IMG/VR virus record: IMGVR_UViG_3300048571_000088
Span: 1 to 64,000 of that record
Strand: one strand, 5' to 3'
DNA: 64,000 bases
Position 1 is the stretch's first letter; each line of letters opens with the position of its first letter. Both the position numbers and the translations under genes were made by a program. Below the pieces are notes generated by a model. That model ran no database searches, had not been told where the DNA came from, and saw only the letters and a program-made list of their open reading frames with translations. Of the stretch, positions 11,784 to 23,656 are shown piece by piece.

Positions 11784-13476
11784 ACATAAACTCCCTTACC
11801 TGATTTTCACGAACTTTAATAAACTGAGGTTCTGAGGGGAATGAAATAATACCTCTAAGATCATAACAATTTTGGTATACTAAGCTTTTTTTATTAACGT
11901 CTAACCACTGTAAAATAAACTTAGATAATTTATCGTCTTTGTCTGTTAATCGTTGGTTTTTATTAAGCTTAACCTGATTCACGTAGTATCCATCTTCAAG
12001 TTCAATACAACAGACTGGAGTGTTTTCTTTATTTTTAACAACAAGAATAAGTCCGGCTTTTCGTGTAATATAAGTCTTATAAGAACCGACACAAATATTC
12101 ATTTTACACCCGATGTCAGAGAGTTCATGACTATCTTTTACAAGAGAAATTTGATAGTTTGAAGAACTGTACTCTAGGGCTTTGTGAGCATCTGCATAAA
12201 ACTCACAAAACTCGACTTTAGCGTTTCTTAAGTTATGAGCAGCAGTTACTAAATGATTATGATACTCTATAAGAGTACGTTCAGACAAACGTTTTGGCGG
12301 GGTAACCATATCTTTTAGTTTTGGAAATTCATCTAAAATTCTAGAAATATCAAAAAGGTTAATAAAACTAGAATCAGAAAAAAGAGATAATTTTTTAAAA
12401 GACAAGTTAAAATAATTTTTATTTTTTAAATAATCTATCAGGGTACGTAAGCTGAACAACCTGCCTGTTGAAATATTATTTAAAATTTGAATTTTCTCTT
12501 GTTCACAGGAATTAATATACTCTGGCACGCTTATAAGAGCTTGATGCCACGAGTGAAACTTAATATCCTCAAGAGTTTTAATCAGTAGTTTAGATTTCGT
12601 ATTATAGTACTTTTGCTTAGTAATCTTTGTTCCGTATTTTTTAAACAGGTATTTTAATTTTTGAACTAGTTTTGGAGTTAAGCTGTGATATAACGAAGGA
12701 TTTTCGTTAATAATATCTTTCATAAATAATGAATTTTTTTCAATAGAATTTAAAGTAGAGCAACTAAAAGGAAAGAAAGAGTTTATCATTTTATATAAAA
12801 ATGAATCTGTTTTAATATGTCCTTTGGAAACCAGATCAGCCGTAAATAAACGTGGAACTATTGTAGCACGATGGTAGAGCTTATTATTATCACTAATATG
12901 AAACCGACGAGTAATCTTATTAAAAAAGAAAAATCTAGTTGGTCGCTTATATTTTTTTAATAAGAATCCATAATTATAGAAAGATCTTTCAGCTTGCGCA
13001 TAGTAATAAATATGTGTATCTGTTTCTTTAATGACAGAAGTGATACGAACATTAGAAAGATGATCAGGAACCACGTCTGCCCCGCACTGCTCACTACAAA
13101 TACGTACTATGTTTGTTTTTAAACAAGTCACAGATAAAGGAGCATAAACTAACGAACTACTATTCTCATCTTCATCTGGTATAAAAGAAGATAAAACTTT
13201 ATTTAATGAGTCTGATTGTCCTGTAATATACAACAAATCAATTAATAAGTCTCCAGAAAGCCTTTTTCTATGAGTACTAGTACTAAAGGAATTACAAGCA
13301 GCGGATACGCTGTAAGTAAGATACAATGCCTGATAATCAAAATATAATTTTTGATTGTGATCTTTCTTTACGTACGAGCTTAAAGTTTTACTATTTTCAC
13401 TATTTAAGTCTAGAAATAATTTATAAGCAAACGTGTCAATATAAATCTTATTTATATTAGTTAATTTACTAGTCAT
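11776..13476 (-). CDS. PcfJ-like domain protein
   Basis: C-terminal EYHNHL...ELSDIGCKMNICVGSY...CIEL...QVK..KN pattern. Confidence 0.65.
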   Translation of the reverse strand: MTSKLTNINKIYIDTFAYKLFLDLNSENSKTLSSYVKKDHNQKLYFDYQALYLTYSVSAACNSFSTSTHRKRLSGDLLIDLLYITGQSDSLNKVLSSFIPDEDENSSSLVYAPLSVTCLKTNIVRICSEQCGADVVPDHLSNVRITSVIKETDTHIYYYAQAERSFYNYGFLLKKYKRPTRFFFFNKITRRFHISDNNKLYHRATIVPRLFTADLVSKGHIKTDSFLYKMINSFFPFSCSTLNSIEKNSLFMKDIINENPSLYHSLTPKLVQKLKYLFKKYGTKITKQKYYNTKSKLLIKTLEDIKFHSWHQALISVPEYINSCEQEKIQILNNISTGRLFSLRTLIDYLKNKNYFNLSFKKLSLFSDSSFINLFDISRILDEFPKLKDMVTPPKRLSERTLIEYHNHLVTAAHNLRNAKVEFCEFYADAHKALEYSSSNYQISLVKDSHELSDIGCKMNICVGSYKTYITRKAGLILVVKNKENTPVCCIELEDGYYVNQVKLNKNQRLTDKDDKLSKFILQWLDVNKKSLVYQNCYDLRGIISFPSEPQFIKVRENQVREFMFG

Positions 13477-13505
13477 TAGTTAAGTCCTCTATTTGTTTAA
13501 ATTGG

Positions 13506-13537
13506 TGAGTGTTAATGTGTTATGAATTAACACTCAA
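13506..13537. terminator. Intergenic hairpin, possible terminator or processing stem
   Basis: TGAGTGTTAAT ... ATTAACACTCA 11-bp inverted repeat just 3' of ORF 13544..13969. Confidence 0.45.
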
Positions 13538-16218
13538 ATAAACTTACTTACTACGAGTTTTCATACGTCCGTAAGTGTGGTTTTTTGCAGCAGGAGAGTC
13601 TTTATGTACAGGAAGAGAAGATTTAATACTTTCTAGTACATGAAAAGGATTTAACTTAATATTTAATTTTAAATTAATATTTGAGTTAGATGCAATTTTA
13701 CAAAGTTTTGAAATTTGATCTTCAATACGTGCAGACTCTTTACGAACAACAGTTCCTGCTGTACTTGAAAACCATCCTAATTTTTTAACAGGAGCTTTTC
13801 GAGGGGTAGTTTTACCTTTTGACAGAGCATCGGCTGCGCAGATATCCTTAGGAAACTTTTTCAAATGACATTCAAGTTTCTTACAGAAATTCTTATTTAA
13901 AGAATCTTTAGATTTATAAGAGCCGTAACGACCTTGAAGTTCTTTGCTTGGTTTAGTTTTATTAGTCATGATTATTCATCATCCTGAGTTGTATTAAGTG
14001 TAAGTGGTGGGTATTCAGAAGGGTTTTGAAGCACATGTAAAATACATGAAGCAAGATAAGTTAATTGGAACGAAGGAGTTTTCATATAAGTCTCTTAAAA
14101 TTAAGTAAAATGGGAAAGAAATTCTTGAAAGGTAGTAAATGTATGATAGTCGTTTTCAAGTCTATTGTGAGACAAAGTAACAGATTCTAAAGTACTGTCA
14201 TCTACCGAATAATTTAAATTATTGTCATCTAAGTAGTTTTGAACTTTAGCATAAATTGCCGACATAACAGAATTTTCAAGTACATAAGCTAAATGTAATC
14301 CATCATCAAACTTTTCACCATCTGATCCATCAGTAATAAGTTGTTCATTTAATTCCCAAGTAATTACTGCTTGATTAAGTTGGGTAAGTAAGACAGGTTT
14401 AATAAAGAAATGAAGTATATCGGTCATAATTTATTTCCATGTAAAAGTAATAGTATTGTCACCAGGGAAAATATGCTTTGCTCTAATTTTATGGCTTACA
14501 GCTAATATAGATGATAACATACCTAAACTACAATCTAGTTCTTTTCTCTGATATGTTTTACTGCTGATACCTTTCTTAGAAAGATCTTCAGCATCTTTCT
14601 TAATCTTTTCTACGTAAAATAAAATTAACGAAGTTTTTGCATCTGTTTTCATTTGTTAGTCTACTATTTCTATTTGACGACAAATCTTATCATGTTTATC
14701 TTTAATGCACTGAATAAAGATATTAGGTTGTTTCTTTACAAACTCATCATCTGTTTTTAGTAACTGTTTAATTTTATAGTACAAATACAATAGAAGTGTT
14801 GTAGTATAAAATAATCCTGCAATAAGCGCATGGCCTACAATATCTTTTGAAAATAAAGGATCAAAATAGTAAATTAACGGAGAAATTAGTACATAAAAAC
14901 AGGTACCTAAAGCCACTAAAATTGCGGCTGCGGTAGCTATAGTTGCAGGCAAACTAAAAATTAAATATAATAAATTAGTACGTACAAAAGTACAAATATC
15001 TTGAAAAATATGTGTAGTGTCGCGAAGAGAAGAAGGTGTAACTATTGTACAGTATGGGTTGTAAAGATATAAAAAATTATAAAACTTATACAATCGGGAT
15101 GTTTTTGAAACTACAAAAAGTGCGTTAGGGTTCATATATTTGCCAAATGGTTAATAATTTTTGAGTAATCAGATGCATAAATACCTGCACAATTAATAGG
15201 ATTATATTCAATAATTTTATTTGTTGATTTTAACGTTACTTGGTTATTGTATTTATCTATATAGTAATAAATAGTTATCATTTCTAGCAAGTGACTTCGA
15301 GAGGTCTAAAAGGAAGAGTGGTAATCTTAGGTTCATATAGCTTTTTTAAATCGTCTAGATCTAATTTTTTTATATGAGTTGGAGTTGATTTATTAAGAGT
15401 TAAATCTAAGTGCTCTTGAATAATTTCAATTTGATTTTTACTTAACTCCTCTGGATTACCAATTTCAAGCAGTCCTTGTAGCCAATAACAAAAGTTTTCT
15501 GGTGTCATATTTTTATTTCCTTTTATATAGTGTACCTAACAGGTAAGCTATCACTGAAGTAGCACCGCTAGATCCTAAATTAATTTGTTGACACATAAGA
15601 AGAGTACTTGAAGGTTGTGAATAGATAGTATAGTCGTATTTATATTCTTCTTTACTTCTGTAACCAATAGCTCTAGAAGTTTTATAAGAACCTTTTTCAA
15701 GCTTCCATTTACGTTCTTCTACTATTAGTTCATTCTCTTCGAGATTAAGTGTCTTTCTTACTTTTTTAAGTAAATCTAATACTTCCTTATTAGTTATACT
15801 TTTATCTGTTGTTGCTTGATAAAAATAATCCATTACTTGTATTGGCACTTAATTCTCCTTTGTTAACAAATCATATAAAGATTTTACATCAATCTTATAA
15901 ACAATGTAGTCAGAGCGATTCCCATAATACTCACACTCAGATTCTGATTCAGTAGTAATAAGATTAAAAATAATAAAGAAGTTTCGAATACTTAATTTAA
16001 TACTCGGAAAATTTTTAGTGAGAAGATCTTCTAGTATTTTAAAACTAGGGATTACACTCTCATCAGTTAATTCATAACGAGATTTATCACCCCAACAGCT
16101 TCCGCCTACCATACCACCTGTATATACTTTATCAATAATTAAATAAGTATTATTAATCTCTTTTTTATCATAATTCCAAGGAGATTGAGATTCGGAGTTA
16201 ATTTTCTTAACTAATTCT

Positions 16219-16629
16219 TTAAATTGTTTTAACGTTATATTCATTTTCTTTTAGCCATTGAATAGTTTCTTGTAATTCGTTATAAAAATAACGAAGTGTA
16301 TTTGTCGTAATAAATCTTTCATCGGTTAAATTACGACAAGATAAATTCTTTTCTAACATATAGAAAGGAGAATTAAATACAATAAAATTAAATTCAATCT
16401 CAGGGTAATTATTATATAAGCGATCCATGGCTAACACTAGAATATTTTTACAGCATAGATGAGGATCAGATATATAAACTTCTTTGTAGTCTTTAATTAC
16501 ATAAATAATATCTCTTTCAAAATCTTTAGGATCGTCAACTACAGCTATTAGTGAACTATCTATCTGTAAGGAATTAAGGTGTGTAGTTTTACCTGAGGCT
16601 GGAGCGCCTAGCATAAGAGTAACGTTCAC
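16219..16629 (-). CDS. Small P-loop kinase-like protein
   Basis: N-terminal LMLGAPASGKTT Walker A. Confidence 0.6.
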   Translation of the reverse strand: MNVTLMLGAPASGKTTHLNSLQIDSSLIAVVDDPKDFERDIIYVIKDYKEVYISDPHLCCKNILVLAMDRLYNNYPEIEFNFIVFNSPFYMLEKNLSCRNLTDERFITTNTLRYFYNELQETIQWLKENEYNVKTI

Positions 16630-17258
16630 GTAAATCTTTTCCTATAAATATTGACGAACAATTTTTTTATTAAGTTGAAAAATGTTTCTTTTCCTGATAA
16701 AGATACCAGATACCAGAATTAAAATGATATTTAGCGTTATAATCTAACTCAATAGTATTTAAAATTTCTTTTTTAAGGTGTAAAGGTAGCTTATTATTCT
16801 TAAGTAAAAAATATAAAGATTCTAAAGTATCATAACTTAATAATTTAAAATCATAAAGTTTTAGTTGATCTTTAAACTTTTCTACACTGGTGGTATAGTA
16901 AATACCACCTACACAGTAAAAACACAATTTATTAATTAAATACCAACCATTTTTATTTACAGTAGAATTTAAATAAGGAGCTTTTAGTATTTTTAAATCT
17001 TCAAGAATATACACATAGCTTTCAGACCACTCAGGATCAAAAGCTAATTCAACTTCTATAGGAAGTGGTAAGTATTTAATTTTTAAAACACTAAAATCCA
17101 CTAGAGACAAACTATCATAACGTTTATACATCAGGAAATATCTGTCAGGATATAACACAAATACGTATGTAAATCAGCTAAAGAAGGATAATTGGAAATT
17201 AGTTGTTGTAAAGATTCAATATATTCTCTATATTCTTTTAATGTAGCGTCAGACATGT

Positions 17259-18194
17259 TTAAGCCTCTTTAAATCCTTGTGTTGTATTTTGAGTAGAGCG
17301 TTTTAAAGTCATATCTACTAAAGCATCTAAAGCTTGTTCTCTAGTATCATACCAACAAGAGGATTCTTCTGGTGTAATTAAAGCATTGCTTTGTAATAGT
17401 TCAATAGCTTTACCAACATTTTGAATACCTTTTTTTCTTATAGAATGAGTAAGAATTTTTTGTTGTTTTTGTAAAGTAAAGTTTGGAAAAACATAAGAGA
17501 AAGATTTAAAGCATTTTCTTAAGAGAAAGATATTATTTCGAGCTTCAATAGCTTCTTCTAATTTTTCAATACGTGTTTTATCAACATCATTTACAAACAC
17601 AATATTAGCAGAAGACTCTTTACAAAGTTTCAAACCTTTTGTAAACATTTCTTCTTTAGTAGCACCACAAGTAGTTTTAAACACTACTAATAAAATATCT
17701 TTACGTTCTTTTTTAATAAGATTAATAATTTTATCATAAGGTTTAAATGCTAATTCTGCATATTCTACTTTATGTAGCTGTTTAGAATCTTTACCAAAAG
17801 TAGTATCTCTTATGTAACGTCCCCCAACATCTGAATCTGTAGTCTGATATTTTAAGCTAATCGGTTTAAAATCTACTAGAGCTACATTAAAAACAACAAT
17901 TCTAACAGCAGGATCTTTAACTATTTGTTTAACAATTACTTCCACATCTTCTGGAGTATCAGGTGCATTTTTATCTGACGGGTGAGCCATTTTAGTAAGT
18001 ATTAAATCAACATCCATTTTATTAAAAAGGTGTTGCTTAAATTTTTCTGCAATTTGTTTTGTAGTGTTACCATAAGAAGGTGCGGAAATAGCTAAATGAT
18101 TTGTAATATAACTATTTGTGCCTCCACCTAAGACAATAATTTTTTTATTAGGGAGTTTTGACAAAGTATTTTCAATTAATTCTACATTATTCAT
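17259..18194 (-). CDS. Phosphopantothenoylcysteine synthetase (CoaB)-like protein
   Basis: IIVLGGGT...ISAPSYG, VVFNVALVDF, LLVVFK and NIVFVND parallel CoaB/Dfp C-terminal domain motifs. Confidence 0.6.
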   Translation of the reverse strand: MNNVELIENTLSKLPNKKIIVLGGGTNSYITNHLAISAPSYGNTTKQIAEKFKQHLFNKMDVDLILTKMAHPSDKNAPDTPEDVEVIVKQIVKDPAVRIVVFNVALVDFKPISLKYQTTDSDVGGRYIRDTTFGKDSKQLHKVEYAELAFKPYDKIINLIKKERKDILLVVFKTTCGATKEEMFTKGLKLCKESSANIVFVNDVDKTRIEKLEEAIEARNNIFLLRKCFKSFSYVFPNFTLQKQQKILTHSIRKKGIQNVGKAIELLQSNALITPEESSCWYDTREQALDALVDMTLKRSTQNTTQGFKEA

Positions 18195-19223
18195 TTAAGC
18201 CTAAGCCTCTTTTAAATTTGTTATTTCAATTAAATAAATATTATTTATAGTATCTGTGCAAACTGCATAAGTATCAGAGTAAACCTTTAAGATTTTTAAT
18301 AGAGTATGTTTACTAAGTCCTGTATAACTAGATTTAGAAGAAACATATTTATAGCCAAGTTGTCTTAAAGATTTAAATACTGATGGTGTAACATAATAGT
18401 TATTTCTATATTTAAGTGGTAAGCACATAATTTTAAAGCTCAAGTAATTTTAAATGAGTAATGTCAATATGATCACTAAAGGCTTGTTGTACCTAACAGA
18501 CTACGTCATTTGCATTATTACATAATTTTTGTTTATATATTTTATACATCTTAAATATCTAATCTTTTATTTAAGATACCAAGTAACTTATGGCAATTTT
18601 CTGTAGTAATGTTAAGTTGCTGAATACGTTGAGACAAAGGGCTGCTTGAACTGTTATCTAAACTGACGCTAATGAAGTCTTCAACTGGCTCAGGCGAAAG
18701 AATTGGCTCTAATTTAATCACAAGGCTTTGAATAGAGCTTGAAAGTTCTTTAACTTCATACTCAAGATCTTCTAGGTGTTTATAAATATTTGAAATTTTT
18801 GTCGGCTTTAAAGGAAGCTGTGAGCTTGTAAAAGTCGATTGTTTTCCTACACCATTGTTCATTGTTTTTCCTTATGCGAGTCAATATATAAGTATTCATA
18901 TAGTTTGTTTACAGTTTCCTGGATTTGTCCGTAATTAAAAGACTCTAAATAATCCCATTTATCCCCTTTGTAAGGACCATATGGTTTAATATCTTGATTC
19001 TTACAGCCATTAATAATAATAGAGTCAGAGTTACGATGCTCGTAAATACAATAAGTAAAATTACTATCTTTAATAGAATACGTATTACCATACTCGCGGC
19101 AATTATCAAAAGATCCAATTACTAGAGAAGTAATTGGAAATTCATTTTTAATTGTAATTAGCTTCGTAAGTTCTTCTAGTAATAAAGTATTTAACTCTGA
19201 TTTATTATTATAAAAAATATCTG

Positions 19224-20270
19224 TCATTTTCCAAATCCAAAACCTGACTTTTTAGTGTCAACATTACTAAAGATTTTAGGAGCATTTTTAATCTCAAATA
19301 ACTCTGCTAATGTATAAGTAGATTGAGTAATTAAATTACTATCTAATTCAATATCTTTTGCAACTTCTTTAGCTTCCGTGTTACTCATCTTTCCAATCTC
19401 TAGTACAGCAAAACAACGTCCAGGGCGTAATAATGCCTCATCAATATCAGTACGAGAAGGTAAGTTTGTAGAGAAAATTACTTTCTTTGTTTTATTAGCT
19501 GTAAGACCATCAGTAATATTAAGTAACTTCTTCATATCTTCATTACCATTTCTACGAGCACTAATATAAGTGTCTGCGTCTTCAATGATCATATATTTTT
19601 CTTTAGAATCATAAAAGTAATCAAATAATGCATCCATTTTAGCAACATCTGCATTATAGGTCAGTAAGACATCTTGATTAGAATCACAAATAAATTTACG
19701 AATAATATTAGTCTTCCCAGATCCTGGAGGACCAATAAGTAAAAGTACAGGAGACTCTGATTGCAAATATGCTGTAATTAGTGTTTCGATGTCAGTACTT
19801 AACTTAGGATAAAAACTAGGTTTAATTGGTTTAGGAGGATCTACTTTAATCTTTTTAGTGATTAACTCTCCCTCTCGGTTTACACCAGTAACCCAAGTAA
19901 TAAATGATTCAGTTTTCTGTTTAACTTGTGGTACATTGTCAATATTAAATACATGTTTAACACTAGATAAACCTACATAAAAAGTTAAAGAATAAGCGTC
20001 AAAAGATTCTTTGTACTCTAAAGTCAAATAAATTGATTCGTTCCAAAACAACTCTTTAACGATTGTCTTTTTATTATCAGAACTATCTGTAATTCGAGTT
20101 AGTACATAAGTAGCTAAAGAAATAAACGATTCATATGTTTCTTTACTGACTCTATAATTTTGAAAAGTAAAGATATCTAAATTATCTTTCTTTTGGTAAG
20201 CTAGGTGTTGTAGAGTAGCTGAGTAATAATCAGCGAAACTAGAGTAATTAAAATTACTACGGTGTGTCAT
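19224..20270 (-). CDS. AAA+ ATPase
   Basis: LLIGPPGSGKT, MIIEDAD, LLNITDG, FSTN and DEALLRPGR. Confidence 0.9.
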   Translation of the reverse strand: MTHRSNFNYSSFADYYSATLQHLAYQKKDNLDIFTFQNYRVSKETYESFISLATYVLTRITDSSDNKKTIVKELFWNESIYLTLEYKESFDAYSLTFYVGLSSVKHVFNIDNVPQVKQKTESFITWVTGVNREGELITKKIKVDPPKPIKPSFYPKLSTDIETLITAYLQSESPVLLLIGPPGSGKTNIIRKFICDSNQDVLLTYNADVAKMDALFDYFYDSKEKYMIIEDADTYISARRNGNEDMKKLLNITDGLTANKTKKVIFSTNLPSRTDIDEALLRPGRCFAVLEIGKMSNTEAKEVAKDIELDSNLITQSTYTLAELFEIKNAPKIFSNVDTKKSGFGFGK

Positions 20271-20799
20271 TTTAAATATAACCTTTAAAAAGAATTTGAC
20301 AAGAGAGACGAAGCAAGAAGCTTAGAACAAGAAGAAGAATTTAAATATTTGACAGAATAATCACAGAAGTCATAGAAAACAGATCCATCATAAGTCCAAG
20401 GAACAGGTTGTTGTTTTGGATCCTGAATAAAATCACTAATATCCAACGGATAGTGAAAGCAACTAGAGACTGGTCTTTTTAGTGTATTTTTAATATGAGG
20501 ATATAAGAAATTATTTTTCATGTAAACGATTTATACTGTTGAGTAGCGTACTTTTTTAAATAATCTTTTACATTTAATTTCAAAAAACAATTTAATCTTA
20601 AATGGGCAGAGTTTATTAAAGGTTGATAGCCTTTGTCAGGATCAAGATAAAAAGGAGCTGCTGAAAAACCAAAACGAATACTAGTACAAGGAAAGTTATA
20701 ATATTCTATTGAGTCAGATGAAAATGAATCAATTATTGATTCATTTTCACTTGCATCTTGAATGTATTTGTTCATTATAGACTTAAATAAACTCCGAGT

Positions 20800-21147
20800 T
20801 TATCGTTTTGAATACGAGCGATAAGGTTTTGAAGAAGAATATTTATATGGTTTTTTATTTACTGTTTTATTAATGATTACAGTTTTATGTACCACAGTAG
20901 TCGGTCGTTGATAGTGCGAAGATTTGTGTGACGAAGAGTTACCAACCATATAACCTGCTGCTGCACCTGCGGCGGCGGCTAAAACAGCATCTGAATGATC
21001 ATCGTTGTCTTGAATAATCGCAGGTTGTTGCTGTTGTACAGAAGGTTGATAAGCAGGAATTTGCTGAGGAGGTGTGTTATCTGAGCAGGCAGTCAGAAAC
21101 AGAGAAGCAGAAAGAGAAAAAGCAAGGATAGTACAATAGTGTTTCAT
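20800..21147 (-). CDS. Putative lipoprotein
   Basis: Signal peptide with lipobox FLTAC, followed by an Ala/Gly-rich segment. Confidence 0.6.
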   Translation of the reverse strand: MKHYCTILAFSLSASLFLTACSDNTPPQQIPAYQPSVQQQQPAIIQDNDDHSDAVLAAAAGAAAGYMVGNSSSHKSSHYQRPTTVVHKTVIINKTVNKKPYKYSSSKPYRSYSKR

Positions 21148-22989
21148 TTTGATTTGTGCTCAAATTTAAACAAGTAAAAAGAAATTACGAAGGAAGCTCG
21201 TAAGTATTAAGGAAGTACCAGTCAGAGGTAATTTGCTGGGTTGCAAGTTTTCGTGCATTAAATTTTATACAATAATTTAAAGGTAAGAAATTAGATGAGT
21301 TGACAAGTTCTCTCTCTGTTTTTAAACGTTGTTTTGTTTTTGAATCAATAAGATTTTTATAAAAAATTTTCTTCATGGTTTTTCCTATGTAGAATAAATT
21401 ATACTTTTGGCGGAGATAAGGAGTTTTCTTCCTTTCAATACTATTTACAATTTGTAAGTTAGTAACTTAATAAGGATTTTTAGAAGTTTTTATTTTAGTA
21501 TTACCATAATTAGCAGGTAAAGATCTAATTGTTCTGTCTGAATCTAAGTAATAATGATATTCTTCTTTAGTCCAAAAATTAGTGGGATTATCTCTAGAAC
21601 TTTTAGTAAGTTGTTGAGAGAAATTATCTTTCCAACAAGTACCATTATATTCTAACCTAAAAGAAGAATTGTATTTATAATAATCACTATTAATTACATA
21701 TTGATGTAATTCTTTAATAGATTTATCTACAAATCGTCTACAGATATGTGACATAATCTTATGAAGGTTTAGGTCATAAGAAAAACGATTCCGACTCTTA
21801 TGTTTCTTGTAAAGATAAGGTAAATGTTTTTTGTTTACCTTACCACTAATTGGAGTACTATGGAAATAATTATGAATTTTATGATGTACAAACATTTAAA
21901 AACTATTTCCTTATTGATTGTGTTTATACCAACGAATATTAAGTCTTGGAGGTGTAGTAACATACGTATTACTTTTATCACACCACTTAAAACCACCCTT
22001 AGTTTTATAATACTCAGGAATTGTTTTTAAAATCTTTGAGTTAGGTTTATTTAATACACTATTAAAGTAATTAGAGTGTAAATTAAAACTTTTTATTAGC
22101 ACATTTGAATCCAAGTTAATTCAATACCTTGTTTTAAAAATTGTTGGTCATAAGTTACATCTGATTCAACATCAAATATTGCGCCATGTGTATCATACAA
22201 CCATTCTGTAAATACATAGTTACAATCAAAATAGAATGTTTGATTATTAATATCTGTTACATAATACTCAGTAAAACCTGTATAACTGTCAATTATTTTC
22301 CATTTTATAACATATTGTATCATCTCTAATCTTTTAATTCTTCTTCAACATATTCTTTACGAAAGATTTCTAAGTAATTATACAAATGTACAATAGCATC
22401 TAAAAGACAGCTACCAAAACAAATCTCTACTTTAATTTGATCTTCTGCTTTTGCAAATGAATTTAAAGTAGCATCTAAACGTGACCATTGATCACTATAA
22501 ATACCATCAATTGTAACGTCATAATGATAAGTTAATTGTAATAACATATCTGAAACAATATCATACTTTGCAGTAGCTCCCCATTCAGCAAAAGAACAAA
22601 AATTAGTCTTAAAGAATTTATTTGAAATTCTTACAAGTTCTAGATTATACTGTTCTTTTTGTTCAGCGTTTACAACGCAAGCGCAAGATGAGTAACAAGT
22701 TTCATTTTTAGAATTTGTTTTTGAAGTATAATTTAGTTTAAACATTTCAGTATTGTGCTGAGTCATAATCATCTGCAGTTAAGTAATTACCTGCAATTTC
22801 AAATAAAATAGATTCATATTTTTCTTTGTCTTTAACAGACATAGCTTCATACTCTTCTTTTGTAGGCTTATTTAAAACTGGGTGAAATTCTTGTTGACTC
22901 ATTTTTCAAACAAACCTTTTACAGGATGATTTTTAGATGTTTCTGTCAACATGTTTTGTATCCTTTATATAATTTTAAAGTGTATATTG

Positions 22990-23062
22990 CCTGACTAGTC
23001 GGACTTGAACCGACAACCACTTTTTTAGAAGAAAAGTGCTCTATCCGTTGAGCTATAGTCAG
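22990..23062 (-). tRNA. tRNA-Arg(UCU)
   Basis: Canonical cloverleaf, CUGACUA/UAGUCAG acceptor, loop CUUCUAA, GGUUCAAGUCC T arm. Confidence 0.9.
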
Positions 23063-23202
23063 AAAAAACAGTTATCTATTTAACAAACTCACTGTCAAAA
23101 GTAGTAAATAGATTTAAAAGAGACTGTAAGCTTCTTGGTAGCAGGATGCAAGATCCGCTATTGAGGCGATGCTACTCTCTTATCCCCAAGCAACAGTTTT
23201 TA

Positions 23203-23348
23203 CAGAATGTAGTATTATTTTAATTTGTTTGCCTTTAATAGGTTTTTGTGTACATACAAAAATTACTATCAACTGATTGTTAAATACAAATAATAATATT
23301 TAACACTTAGAAACTGATTTTATAAAAAAGTTGCTGTTATTACATTCT
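23203..23348 (-). ncRNA. ACAGCAA module RNA, open form (copy A)
   Basis: 5' AGAAUGUA-AUAACAGCAA ... UACAUUCU-G 3'; the cargo contains two AT-rich hairpins. Confidence 0.65.
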
Positions 23349-23352
23349 TTTG

Positions 23353-23424
23353 TCAGAGCGGATGAACTTTAATCACCAACACTAACTCCCAAGGATAGTG
23401 TATTACCATTAACATTATGTCCTA
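23353..23424 (-). pseudogene. Degenerate tRNA-Pro(UGG)
   Basis: Loop CUUGGGA and tRNA-like spacing, but mismatched stems and a non-canonical T loop. Confidence 0.5.
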
Positions 23425-23451
23425 AAATTAACAAACTCCAAGTAAATAGAT

Positions 23452-23656
23452 TTAAAATAATACTACAGTTTAAAAATATTAAAATTAGTAACCGCAAGAT
23501 TTCTTTAGTATAAAAGTTCAGAAATTAATTTTAAAATTACCTTTACTAACTACGTTACCGATTTAGTAGCCTTCCGTATTTAAAAGAGCAATTTCGGAAA
23601 CCCCTTTAAAAATCCTCTTAAGCTTTTAATATTTTTAAACTGTAGTATTATTTTAA
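23452..23656. repeat. 33-bp perfect inverted repeat enclosing 139 nt
   Basis: TTAAAATAATACTACAGTTTAAAAATATTAAAA at 23452-23484 and its reverse complement at 23624-23656. Confidence 0.9.

Noticed and set aside
21408-21430. UCUCCG-CCA resembling a tRNA-Ser 3' end
   Set aside because: No T loop, anticodon arm or matching 5' acceptor strand could be found.
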